A stretch of DNA of 64,000 bases, taken from a virus. The notes below the pieces were generated by a model. The model was not told the DNA's origin, searched no databases, and saw nothing but the letters and a program-made list of their open reading frames with translations. This document shows, one piece after another, positions 27,693 to 37,139 of the stretch. The translations under genes were made by a program, and so were the position numbers. The stretch lies in IMG/VR virus record IMGVR_UViG_3300046787_000316, positions 1 to 64,000 of that record; one strand, given 5' to 3'. The stretch's first letter is position 1. Each line of letters begins with the position of its first letter.

Positions 27693-28488
27693 AGTCAATC
27701 CCGAATGGGATACGGAGAGCCTCCGTCTCACCTGTTAATGGGGATTCATAGTTAAACGTTAAATCCAAATCAGGAGTAATTGATGCCATATACTTTCTCA
27801 AAGCCTTAGAATCACCTGCCAATAATCTATTTGTTACAAAGTTACTAATAGTTCCCAAATCTCTAACACCATCCACCTCAACGATAACTCGTCTATATCT
27901 TGCAGTAATTTCGTTACCTTGCTTTAATGTCTTTTCGGATGCCTCAATATCTTTATTAATAGCAATCTCATCACCATGTGTAAGTAATTTGAACTTAATC
28001 TGTGCTTTAGAAACCGGCAAAGTAAATGGATATTCATTGTATCTATTTAAAATAGATTCATCCACTTCTTTAATTTGTATTTTCGATAAATCCACAATTG
28101 TATCAGTTGGTTCACCGGAATCTGGGTCCATTACGGATACTTTATAATCTGCCCCAAATGCTAATACTCTTGATGTTACCAATATAGCATTTTTATCACC
28201 AATCAATAAATCATTAATATTAACACCAGGTTCAACTACCACCGATTCCAATAGTTTATCCAAATGAATACCTTTCTTAACTAAATTAGCTGATGTAAGG
28301 ATATCTTCCTCTTTTGCTGTCATTAATTTGATGGTAATCTCTCCTTTAGATAGTGGGTGAGTTTCGGGATAACATAATCCCTTAGATGGTAAACTAATAA
28401 CTTCCGTTGGGAATGGATAGTTTCTTGGTTGAGATGTAGGTTGTGAACTCAACCCTCTTGTAACTTGTGGTTCTAAATTTTCTTCCAT
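27673..28488 (-). CDS. Tail/baseplate hub assembly chaperone (T4 gp26-like, lambda G position)
   Basis: LPSKGLCY, MTAKEEDIL, IKFKLLTHGDE; located between tube and tape measure. Confidence 0.75.
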   Translation of the reverse strand: MEENLEPQVTRGLSSQPTSQPRNYPFPTEVISLPSKGLCYPETHPLSKGEITIKLMTAKEEDILTSANLVKKGIHLDKLLESVVVEPGVNINDLLIGDKNAILVTSRVLAFGADYKVSVMDPDSGEPTDTIVDLSKIQIKEVDESILNRYNEYPFTLPVSKAQIKFKLLTHGDEIAINKDIEASEKTLKQGNEITARYRRVIVEVDGVRDLGTISNFVTNRLLAGDSKALRKYMASITPDLDLTFNYESPLTGETEALRIPFGIDFFYPTE

Positions 28489-28521
28489 AATATAACTTTC
28501 TGTTTATATATAAGTATATAC

Positions 28522-28556
28522 AAAATAAAAAAGGGGAAACATTTCTGTTCCCCCTT
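28522..28556 (-). terminator. Intrinsic terminator after the tail tube gene
   Basis: AAAGGGGAA/TTCCCCTTT stem followed by a T-run on the minus strand. Confidence 0.85.
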
Positions 28557-28585
28557 TGGGTATTTTTAAATTTTACATTTAGAGA

Positions 28586-29074
28586 TTAGTACTCAAGAAT
28601 TGCGAAATCATAAGTCAAAGTTAATTCTATCGATAATGGGTCATTTGATGCCCAATCTAATTCACCAAAGTTAGCCGAAGTAATGAATGCTCCTTTCAAA
28701 GTCCATTGTTCAACTTTATCACCTACCGGCCCTAATAAGTAGAATGTAATATCTTTCTTATAGAAAGCAGCGTATCCATCTCTACCTGTTAAAGATTCGT
28801 GTGAACTTCTAATCCACTCCATCACTTGCTGTGCACCTGATGGAACGATTGGGTCGTAAAGGGTGATGTTAATATCATCCCAAGTTGATTTTCCTTTTAT
28901 CTTACGTTTAACGTTGATATGGTCTAACTCAACTACTTCGGAAGTAAATGTTGGTCTACTTGCCGTTTTTATAATGTATGATTCTATACCATCGATTTCC
29001 ATAATAAATCGGTTACCCAATTTTGGTTCGAAGTTTGTATAAAACATTTTGTCAAATTCTAATATCTCTGGCAT
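28586..29074 (-). CDS. Tail tube protein (T4 gp19-like)
   Basis: FEPKLGNRF, RPTF, GKSTWDDINITLYDP, QVMEW, WTLKGAF, LTLTYD. Confidence 0.92.
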   Translation of the reverse strand: MPEILEFDKMFYTNFEPKLGNRFIMEIDGIESYIIKTASRPTFTSEVVELDHINVKRKIKGKSTWDDINITLYDPIVPSGAQQVMEWIRSSHESLTGRDGYAAFYKKDITFYLLGPVGDKVEQWTLKGAFITSANFGELDWASNDPLSIELTLTYDFAILEY

Positions 29075-29099
29075 CTCTTTTGCTTATTTAATTGTTTAA

Positions 29100-29108
29100 T
29101 ATAAATAT
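29100..29108 (-). promoter_or_regulatory. Late promoter motif ATATTTATA
   Basis: Exact motif about 26 nt upstream of the tube ATG. Confidence 0.7.
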
Positions 29109-29120
29109 CTATTTTTTTAT

Positions 29121-31364
29121 TTATCCGTTAAAACTAGCACCAGTTGGTAAAATGTTGAAATCAATTTGAATGAATTCAGCCGTTTTAGTTGGTTGTAAGA
29201 AGATAGAACCTTTCATAATGTTTCTATCGATTACATCTGGAGTGTTGTTTGATTCATCCATCACAACTTTAAATGCGTATAAACCTTGTCTTTGTTGGAT
29301 AGCCTCTAAATAAGGGTTAACGATATTTATAAATCTGTTTCTAGTTGTAGAAGTATTTTGTTCAAATACTAAATAACGAGAAGAAGATGCGATATACTTT
29401 CTTACAGTCAATAATAATCTTCTTACGTTGATTCTATCTAATGCAGATGGTTTATCTTGTAATGTTTTTTGTCCGAATACTACGATACCTTGTCCTGGGA
29501 ACTGAACGATTGGGTTCACTTTTCCTTCGTATAATGTATCTTTTTCTGATTGAGTCAATCTATTTTGAACTGAAACTGCTCCTGTCAAACCACCTCTATT
29601 TAAACCGGCTGGTGCGAACCATTCTGCTGCTACTCTATCATTCGAAGCGAATACGCCAGGTAATAATACTGATGGTGGAACTGAAATCAATTTGTTAGTA
29701 TTAACATCGATAGTCTTAACCCAAGGGTAATAAGTTGCTACCATGTTAGAATCTACTGCATCAGCTTGTGTTGTTGCTTGTGAGATAGTATCTCCGTATG
29801 AAGTTGAATCCATAATGTAGAAACAATCATTTCTTTGCTCAACCATATCCAATGTATCAGTTACAACTGATGAGTGTAATCTTCTGATAACACCTGGAGT
29901 TACAATCATATTAACATCCCATTCATCAGCGTTTGATAATGCTGCGATATGTTTTCCGTATGCTACTGAACCACTTGCAGTTGAAGATGATAAATCAAAA
30001 CCTTGTGAGTTTCCTGCTACAATATCAGAACCTTTATAAATTGGAGTTGCTGGATTTACACCATCAAATCCTTCTTGGAATCCTACTACGAATTGTGCAG
30101 ATGTTGAACCTACTGATAATGAACCACCATTAGCTACATCCAATCCGAATACTGAATTTGAACCTACACCTGCTCCAGTTGGAATTGGTTTTAAGTAAAT
30201 AGAGTTATCGGTATTAAAATCTAAATCGATACCACCATATTGAGTTGCCGATGCAGTTACGAATGTTACAGATGGAACTAATGCTCCAACTCCAGCAGAT
30301 GCTGATATAGGTAACGAATATGCAGCGTGTCCAAATGGAACGGCTTGAACCGGTGAATTTTCATTCAAGTTAACGATTCTGATATATTTTGAGTTATTTA
30401 CCCAATCTCCAGTTTCAGTAATTTTACCTGAACCATCGATTGTTAATTTTCTATCACCAATTACTCTACTAATAAAGTTTGGAGAATTAGGGTCTAAGTT
30501 TACATTAGAATAAGTTTCTAATACAACTTTCTTTTTATTTGTATCAGCAAAATCTCTAACAACTACTGTGAACGTTCCGTAATCAGTTCCGTTTACAGAA
30601 CCAGCTGCTTTAATATTTGTAATACCTATTTTAACTTTAGTGTTTGCAGAATTTCCAGCACCAATTGTTTCAAATTGGAACAAGTCGTATCTATCGCCAC
30701 TAATAGCTTGTGATTTAATTGAAGGAGTTGTTGCTTCTTGTGCATCAAATGTAAATAATTGGTTACCCAATGTAGTTACACTTACAGATGTAGTTACATC
30801 ATTGATTGTTACATTACTATTTTTGAAGAATCCATATACATACGCTCCTTTAGATGCGATTGCAGATGTTCCGAATGTAGATTCGATATCGTTTGTATCA
30901 GAATTATCTACTGATGATGTTCCTGCAAAATTAGTTGAACCCGTTACAGATAATGTGAAATCACCATTTGTTAAAGATACAAGTGTAGAACCACTTAATC
31001 CAGTTGCTAATGTATTTTTATCAGATGGGAATAAAATACCAACTGATGCACTTACTGCTCCAGAAGTTGCTGTTAATAATAAAGGAGCTGCTGCTGTATA
31101 TCCGCCAACACCACCTACTCTACAAATTGTTGCCGTTCCTGCTTCTCTCAAATACGATTGAACTGCCAACGGAGTGTAATATGTGTCATCTACATTACCA
31201 AACAATGTTTCAAATTCAGCTTGTGAATTTACTATTGTTGGAACTAAAGGACCTTCTTTAAAAGGACCAATAAATGCTGCACCGATTTCAGCTACACCTT
31301 GTTGTAAAAACGAAAGGTCATTTTCTTTTGTGAAAACCCCCGGTGATACTATTTTTTCTGCCAT
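29121..31364 (-). CDS. Tail sheath protein (T4 gp18-like)
   Basis: SPGVFTKEND, GPFKEGP, YYPWV, WFAPAGLNRG, WGQKTL-like FGQKTLQ, DRINVRRL, QPTKTAEFI. Confidence 0.96.
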   Translation of the reverse strand: MAEKIVSPGVFTKENDLSFLQQGVAEIGAAFIGPFKEGPLVPTIVNSQAEFETLFGNVDDTYYTPLAVQSYLREAGTATICRVGGVGGYTAAAPLLLTATSGAVSASVGILFPSDKNTLATGLSGSTLVSLTNGDFTLSVTGSTNFAGTSSVDNSDTNDIESTFGTSAIASKGAYVYGFFKNSNVTINDVTTSVSVTTLGNQLFTFDAQEATTPSIKSQAISGDRYDLFQFETIGAGNSANTKVKIGITNIKAAGSVNGTDYGTFTVVVRDFADTNKKKVVLETYSNVNLDPNSPNFISRVIGDRKLTIDGSGKITETGDWVNNSKYIRIVNLNENSPVQAVPFGHAAYSLPISASAGVGALVPSVTFVTASATQYGGIDLDFNTDNSIYLKPIPTGAGVGSNSVFGLDVANGGSLSVGSTSAQFVVGFQEGFDGVNPATPIYKGSDIVAGNSQGFDLSSSTASGSVAYGKHIAALSNADEWDVNMIVTPGVIRRLHSSVVTDTLDMVEQRNDCFYIMDSTSYGDTISQATTQADAVDSNMVATYYPWVKTIDVNTNKLISVPPSVLLPGVFASNDRVAAEWFAPAGLNRGGLTGAVSVQNRLTQSEKDTLYEGKVNPIVQFPGQGIVVFGQKTLQDKPSALDRINVRRLLLTVRKYIASSSRYLVFEQNTSTTRNRFINIVNPYLEAIQQRQGLYAFKVVMDESNNTPDVIDRNIMKGSIFLQPTKTAEFIQIDFNILPTGASFNG

Positions 31365-31399
31365 TTTATATGCTTATTTAAAAATTTTTGTTATCTCAA

Positions 31400-31408
31400 T
31401 ATAAATAT
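31400..31408 (-). promoter_or_regulatory. Late promoter motif ATATTTATA
   Basis: Exact motif about 36 nt upstream of the sheath ATG. Confidence 0.7.
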
Positions 31409-31431
31409 AAAATTTATTTCCAAAACAATGA

Positions 31432-33156
31432 TTACGGTCTGTAAGTTGGTTGGAAATAGTTATATACTTGTGCTATCTCTGTTGAGCCTAATACTCTATT
31501 ATAGAACAATGTAGGGCCCATTTGACCTTTTACATAGTTATCACCTCCTCCAATTTTTACCGGATATGATGATGTTGCAGCAAATGCCGATACAGTTCCC
31601 GTTCCAACACTACTACCATTTAGATAATATGTTATACCAGCGGCTGCTGATACGGTAACTGCTACCATGTGCCAAGTATTCAATGCAGGAGCGGAGAATG
31701 TTTGTATTGTGTTACTAACAGTCCCTCTTGCTGATGAAAAATGGAAACCATTCCAATCGGTAGTAGTAGATGAATATAAATAGAAATTATAATCTCTATC
31801 AGCCCCTTCTTTTGAAAATAATCCACCAAACATCATATTTTGTGCGGTAGTTTGTCTAATCCATGCGATATATGTTATAGCGGATGTATCGAATTGTGTT
31901 ATACCACCATTAATATTTGTACTTCTATCTTTATACCAAAATGAGTTAGTTCCATTTAATGTCCAATACTTATCAATTCGAGTTGCCCCATTATTGTACG
32001 CTGGGTTTGAGCCCGTAATACCTGCTGCGTTTTGAACACCAGCTGGTCTAAAACCTGTATTATATCCACTCAAATCCAACCAATCGGTTGTAGCAGTTCC
32101 ATTTGTAGATGCCGCTTTCGATGGGTCTAAATACATTCTTAATCCAGATGATGGAATATATGGTTGTGTAGTTGTTCCTTTATTATGTGAAATTAAACCA
32201 TTTGAAACATAAACGTCAGCGTTTTCAACATTGATTGTTACAATTTCAGCATCTGCCATAATTGTTTCAATGTTTGTAACTTCCACTTCGGTTTCATCAT
32301 CCATTACTAATTTATCTCCAGGTAAAATATCTCCTACATTTTTAAATGTGTATTTAGATATTTCATTATCCCAAACATACAATGGGTGAGTTTCGGTTGC
32401 ATTAATCAATCCGTTATTAATAGAGTAATACCCTTCGGTAAAATTAAATGTTAAATCATTAACAACTACATTTTGGATTGAACCCGATAATTCAGCTGAT
32501 TGGTAAAACCTCCATTCAACTTGGTCACTTTCAGAATCTTGCGTTTCATCCGGTAATCCAGCTGGCACCCATGCTTTGATTTCATCACCAACGTTTAAAT
32601 CCTCAACATTGATTTCAGTACCATTTGCTAATTCAACCTTTGTTCCAAATAATAAACAAAAATCAGGTTGGTTAATTGTATTATATACATCAACCGCATA
32701 TAAAGTTTTTGTAGTTGCAGTATTGTAATTGGTTGCATTAAGATTATACCCATCCGCATATTTCAATGTTAACAACGAAGATGCTTCCGAATAAGTAGAT
32801 TGCGCAATACCGGCTGGTGTGATTGGAAACGATGGAGATGCTCCTAATGTTGGAGAACCTACTGAAAAGTTTGCGTTATCAAATGATACCGTATAATTTG
32901 CCGATACACTACCAACTCTACTACCATGTACTGCTCCTGCACTACCAAATGTAAATCCAGCGGTTTCAGTTGTACTTTCAACAATATAAGTATATGTTGG
33001 TACGTTTGGTGTTACCGAATCAATTGCAAACGAACCGAATGAAACTTGCGTTCCAGCCGATGCATTTCTCGCATTAATCGATGATGCTTGGGTAGTCCTA
33101 GCTGTTCCGGTAGTTGCTCTATATAAATTACCTAATGATAGATTAGTTTTTGCCAT
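31432..33156 (-). CDS. Virion-type protein: N-terminal domain + Hint domain + LamG/concanavalin-A-like domain
   Basis: Hint: C167-LLFGTKV...TETHP...VYVSNGLISHN325. LamG: ITYIAWIR...WHMVAVT...YYLNG...FYNRVL..EIAQVY. Confidence 0.85.
   Translation of the reverse strand: MAKTNLSLGNLYRATTGTARTTQASSINARNASAGTQVSFGSFAIDSVTPNVPTYTYIVESTTETAGFTFGSAGAVHGSRVGSVSANYTVSFDNANFSVGSPTLGASPSFPITPAGIAQSTYSEASSLLTLKYADGYNLNATNYNTATTKTLYAVDVYNTINQPDFCLLFGTKVELANGTEINVEDLNVGDEIKAWVPAGLPDETQDSESDQVEWRFYQSAELSGSIQNVVVNDLTFNFTEGYYSINNGLINATETHPLYVWDNEISKYTFKNVGDILPGDKLVMDDETEVEVTNIETIMADAEIVTINVENADVYVSNGLISHNKGTTTQPYIPSSGLRMYLDPSKAASTNGTATTDWLDLSGYNTGFRPAGVQNAAGITGSNPAYNNGATRIDKYWTLNGTNSFWYKDRSTNINGGITQFDTSAITYIAWIRQTTAQNMMFGGLFSKEGADRDYNFYLYSSTTTDWNGFHFSSARGTVSNTIQTFSAPALNTWHMVAVTVSAAAGITYYLNGSSVGTGTVSAFAATSSYPVKIGGGDNYVKGQMGPTLFYNRVLGSTEIAQVYNYFQPTYRP
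32182..32658 (-). other. Hint (intein-like, BIL-A type) domain, 159 aa, no endonuclease
   Basis: Cys1, block B TxxH, terminal His-Asn followed by Lys. Confidence 0.85.
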
Positions 33157-33161
33157 AATAT

Positions 33162-34163
33162 TTAGTTGTTCTCATTATAAATATCTAAAAGTTTTTCTTT
33201 CCATTCCTCTGTATTAGAAAAGTGGGTTATCATCCAACTTTTAAGTTTTTCAAATTCAGTTTTACGGGTTTCGTAATCATCTTCACACATTACTTTGTAG
33301 ATTTCATAAAATGATTCTTTACTATCCGCTTTGTATTTATAGTCAAGAGGTACGTGCCAGTTTTCATGTAAAATTGGAAGTTTTCCAAAATCAACTGCTT
33401 CGAATATTCCATATCCAAATGGTTCATGTTCAAAGCAAGAGTGAGATATTCCCCAATCAAGGTTATAGAACCTCTCTTTATATTTGTAATCAAATTTGTA
33501 AACCTTTGATTTCTCAAATTTATATCCGTATTTCTTTTTATAGTATTTATTGAATGTTTCAGAATTGGTTGATATGTAAGATTTTAATCCATCTATATAT
33601 TCCAAATTTTTTCTACCTTCTGCTCTAGCTGCAAATCCTATTGTCGTAGAGTCTGAAAGTTCTTTGTTATGTTTAAATTTATAAACATTTGGAATATGGT
33701 GTAGATTTTCAGTCTGATATGGGAAATGATATAATCCAACCCATATTTTATTTTTAATTTTATCAATTAATTCCGATTCGTATTCCCAATTTCCATACCA
33801 ATGTAAGTATTCATCCTTCCCCATTTGTGACATTAAAGACACTTTGGTTAAGTTATGAAATACTATCGAGTCAATCTTTTCCAAATTTTGGTGAATAGCT
33901 CTGGTAGGAGTATAATGACCATGTAGAATATGAATACGTCTTGCACCATCTAATATTTTTATTATTTCATCTTCCGATGTTTCCCAAATATGGTCGATTT
34001 CTATCGGAAATTGTTCGTAGTTATTTGGCTTCGTTCTATGTAACAAAAGAAGTGGCTTCACTTCTAAATGAGGTGCCACTTCTTTTATCCATTCGGTTAC
34101 CCACATATCTGCCCCACTATTAAACCAGGGCCCACCAGCGGTGGTGTAAAAAACATCATACAT
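33162..34163 (-). CDS. Glycosyltransferase (GT-B-like)
   Basis: GGPWFNSGAD, ILHGHY, IGFAARAEGRKN, EPFGYGIFEAVDFGKLPIL (E-x7-E motif). Confidence 0.85.
   Translation of the reverse strand: MYDVFYTTAGGPWFNSGADMWVTEWIKEVAPHLEVKPLLLLHRTKPNNYEQFPIEIDHIWETSEDEIIKILDGARRIHILHGHYTPTRAIHQNLEKIDSIVFHNLTKVSLMSQMGKDEYLHWYGNWEYESELIDKIKNKIWVGLYHFPYQTENLHHIPNVYKFKHNKELSDSTTIGFAARAEGRKNLEYIDGLKSYISTNSETFNKYYKKKYGYKFEKSKVYKFDYKYKERFYNLDWGISHSCFEHEPFGYGIFEAVDFGKLPILHENWHVPLDYKYKADSKESFYEIYKVMCEDDYETRKTEFEKLKSWMITHFSNTEEWKEKLLDIYNENN
33176..33184 (-). promoter_or_regulatory. Late promoter motif ATATTTATA
   Basis: Exact motif in the 3' end of the GT gene, about 20 nt upstream of the Hint-LamG ATG. Confidence 0.7.
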
Positions 34164-34166
34164 TGA

Positions 34167-37079
34167 TTATAAACCTTTTTTCTTTTTTAATGTTTCTACT
34201 TCTACTGTAAGGTTATCTATTTTTATTTGTTGTTCTTTTATTGCTTCAACTAATAACCCCATCATTTTAGAATAATCCAATCCTAAATATCCGTTTTCTC
34301 TTTCTACTACAACTTGCGGTAATACTGCCTGAACTTCTTGTGCAATTAAACCTGTGGTTGGTGTTGTTTTTGTTACTTCATTCACATCATCATTCCATTC
34401 CCAAGTTACACCATTCAATTTCTTAACTTTATCCAAAGCATTTGTAATAGTTTGAATATTGTTTTTGTGTCGTCTATCCGAAGTATAGAATGCGGTAATA
34501 TCGCCTGTTGCGGTAATAGTTCCGTTAATTGTTAAGTTACCAAATGTTGGAGTAGCGTTTGTTGCTACCGATTGTCCAATTGATATCGTTACTGCGCCGG
34601 TTGCCCCACTTACACTAACACCCGTCCCAGCTACTGCCGAAGTTACACCGGTATTACTAATGGTAGAATTACCTGTTCCAGATGATACCGATATTCCCGT
34701 ACCTGCTATATTTGTAGTTACAGTATTGGTATCAGTTACCGATTCAGTTCCCGTACTATACCCCGTAACGTGCCCGTATGTATCAAATGTTAATGCTGAT
34801 ACATAAGTTCTACTTGTAGCGCTTAAATTAGCTGCGGTAGATGTATCGGCATGGCTAATAGTAACTGCTCCAGTTGCTCCACTCACATCAATAGCGTTTC
34901 CTGCTACTGCCGATGTTACACCTGTATTTGTAATAGTAGATGCTCCCGTTGCCGAACTCACCGATATACCCGTACCTGCTACGTTTGAAGTTACACCTGC
35001 ATTGTTTAGAGTTATAGTCCCACCCAATGATACCAATCCACCGCCAGTCATTCCCGTTCCAGCGGTTACGGTTACGGATGAATTACTCAATTGCCCGTTT
35101 GTAATTCCACTTATTTGAGATGAGCCGGATACTAAATTTGGTATTGTTATATTAGATGAACCATCGAATGATGTTCCGTTAATCAATCTAGCAGTCAATA
35201 ACGTATTTGCAGTAGATGCGTTTCCAACTATTGTTCCAACAATACTACCGGTTACTTGTAAATTTCCTGGAATAGAAACAGTATCATTATCTACATAAAT
35301 CTGCGATGAACTAATATGGTCGCCACCAACTGAAACTGCTAATCGATTTGAAGTTAATCCAACTTCCGAACCCAATGCTCCAGTGTTACGAGGGCCAGAT
35401 ATAAACATACCACCACTATATGCACTACCACTTGATTTTTGATAAATCCATCTTTCATTTTCGGAATCCCAAAATAAAGAACCCGTTCCTGCGGTTGAGC
35501 CTGAATCAAATACAGATATACCACCAAATCTAACAGCAGGTGTATCGTTATTTAAGTTAATAATATTAGTTCCAATTGAAACTACCGATGCTGATATATT
35601 TTGTAAAGATGAACTACCTTGTACAATCATATCACCACTTATATACATTGAACCCGTTATAGTCTGTGTTCCTGTGAATATATTAGATGAATTGGTTCTT
35701 GCAAAAGTTCCACTAATTGCTTCATTAGCCGCCAATCTTTGTTCGTGATTTGATGCGGTTAGTATTAATGATGCACTTATTGTAGCTAATCCACTAAATC
35801 TACCATCCACACTTGATGTGTGAGATTGGATAGATGTTAATTTAGCATCTTGTGCATTATTTGTAGATAACGCAGTTGCGGCAGATGCTTCAACATTACT
35901 TAAACGTAAATCTTGTGCGTTATTTGTAGTAATATCTGAACCTGTGTAAGCTATTAATGCTGCTATTTTATCGTTAATACTACCTGTATATGTTGCTAAT
36001 GTTTGAAATTTCGCATCAGTTGAACCCGTAGCAGATGTTAAAGAGTTTAATGTATTCAAACTCAATCCACCAACTACACCAGTATTATCTACAAACTTAA
36101 TAGAGCCAGTTGAAAGATATAAATCTTTAAAATAATTTGTAGATGAACCTAAATCAAATGTATTAGCTGAATCAGGTAATACGGATGATGAAATGTGAAT
36201 TTCGTTATTATTATCAATTGTAATAGCAGGTGTATCCCATTGCCCTCCACCAAATAAGTGAGTGTGGGCATGTGAACCTGTTCTATATGGTCCTATATAA
36301 ATATCAGCAGCGGTAGTGGTTAAATATGCATCATTTTCATATCCTAAAACTCCAGCCGAATAATTTGATGAGTTTAATCCTAAATCTAAAAAGTCACGAG
36401 TTTCGCTTGAAATATCATTCCAAAGAACTAAGTCGGTTGATGCATTTGAACCACTTCCAAAGTTTTTAATGTTAACTTCAACAAAACTTTCATTTTTAGA
36501 TGATTGGAATGTTGCAATGTTAAACGAATCCCCATTATCAACAATTAATCTTTCCGGCTGAGCCGCGTTGAATCCGGTTGTTCCAACTCCAATTGTTGAA
36601 CCACTATTAGTAATTTGTATAGCGGATGCACCAGCTATACTATGTTCATCCGTAAAATATGCTAAATGATTTTCTGAACCTGTTATATTACTAGCTCTAA
36701 AGTACCCCGTATTCAATGAATGGGACATATATACCGAACCATTGAAGATATGGGTATCATCTGCACTATCACCAAATTGAGTTGAACCACTTTCATATAA
36801 AACAGAAGAAGATACGACTGAAGTGTGTATCTCTTTTGCTGTTATAGTTCCACCAATGATAACGTTACCATCGATTTTTGCGTTTCCGGTAATATCCAAT
36901 GATGAACCCGAAATACCTGCTACCGATAAATTACTCCCCGTACCAATTGCGGATAGTGTTACATCGCCAGAATCTAATCCAATTTGTAGAGTTCCTAATG
37001 TTGTATTTACATACGGCTCTCCGAATGCTAACGAACCTGATTTCTGTGCGGTTGTCCCACGTCTAAATTTAAGTGCCAT
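34167..37079 (-). CDS. Tail fibre/spike with C-terminal intramolecular chaperone (peptidase S74)
   Basis: N-terminal LKFRRGT; GDITAFYTSDRRHKNNI..ITNALDKVKKLNG...GLIAQEV...LDYSKMMGLLVEAIKE. Confidence 0.88.
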   Translation of the reverse strand: MALKFRRGTTAQKSGSLAFGEPYVNTTLGTLQIGLDSGDVTLSAIGTGSNLSVAGISGSSLDITGNAKIDGNVIIGGTITAKEIHTSVVSSSVLYESGSTQFGDSADDTHIFNGSVYMSHSLNTGYFRASNITGSENHLAYFTDEHSIAGASAIQITNSGSTIGVGTTGFNAAQPERLIVDNGDSFNIATFQSSKNESFVEVNIKNFGSGSNASTDLVLWNDISSETRDFLDLGLNSSNYSAGVLGYENDAYLTTTAADIYIGPYRTGSHAHTHLFGGGQWDTPAITIDNNNEIHISSSVLPDSANTFDLGSSTNYFKDLYLSTGSIKFVDNTGVVGGLSLNTLNSLTSATGSTDAKFQTLATYTGSINDKIAALIAYTGSDITTNNAQDLRLSNVEASAATALSTNNAQDAKLTSIQSHTSSVDGRFSGLATISASLILTASNHEQRLAANEAISGTFARTNSSNIFTGTQTITGSMYISGDMIVQGSSSLQNISASVVSIGTNIINLNNDTPAVRFGGISVFDSGSTAGTGSLFWDSENERWIYQKSSGSAYSGGMFISGPRNTGALGSEVGLTSNRLAVSVGGDHISSSQIYVDNDTVSIPGNLQVTGSIVGTIVGNASTANTLLTARLINGTSFDGSSNITIPNLVSGSSQISGITNGQLSNSSVTVTAGTGMTGGGLVSLGGTITLNNAGVTSNVAGTGISVSSATGASTITNTGVTSAVAGNAIDVSGATGAVTISHADTSTAANLSATSRTYVSALTFDTYGHVTGYSTGTESVTDTNTVTTNIAGTGISVSSGTGNSTISNTGVTSAVAGTGVSVSGATGAVTISIGQSVATNATPTFGNLTINGTITATGDITAFYTSDRRHKNNIQTITNALDKVKKLNGVTWEWNDDVNEVTKTTPTTGLIAQEVQAVLPQVVVERENGYLGLDYSKMMGLLVEAIKEQQIKIDNLTVEVETLKKKKGL

Positions 37080-37139
37080 CTAGTTTACCTTTTTTTTAGT
37101 ACGGTTAATTATGTTGTTATAGTAACTCTTATAAGTATC

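Noticed and set aside
27693-27731. GTG-initiated N-terminus MRRRLSVSHSGLT for the 27468 ORF
   Set aside because: It lies inside the upstream CDS and its hairpins, with no leader features. The plausible coding part begins at the T7 run.
32182-32658. Canonical protein-splicing intein
   Set aside because: The residue after the terminal Asn is Lys, not Cys/Ser/Thr, and there is no homing endonuclease. Treated as a BIL-type cleaving Hint domain instead.
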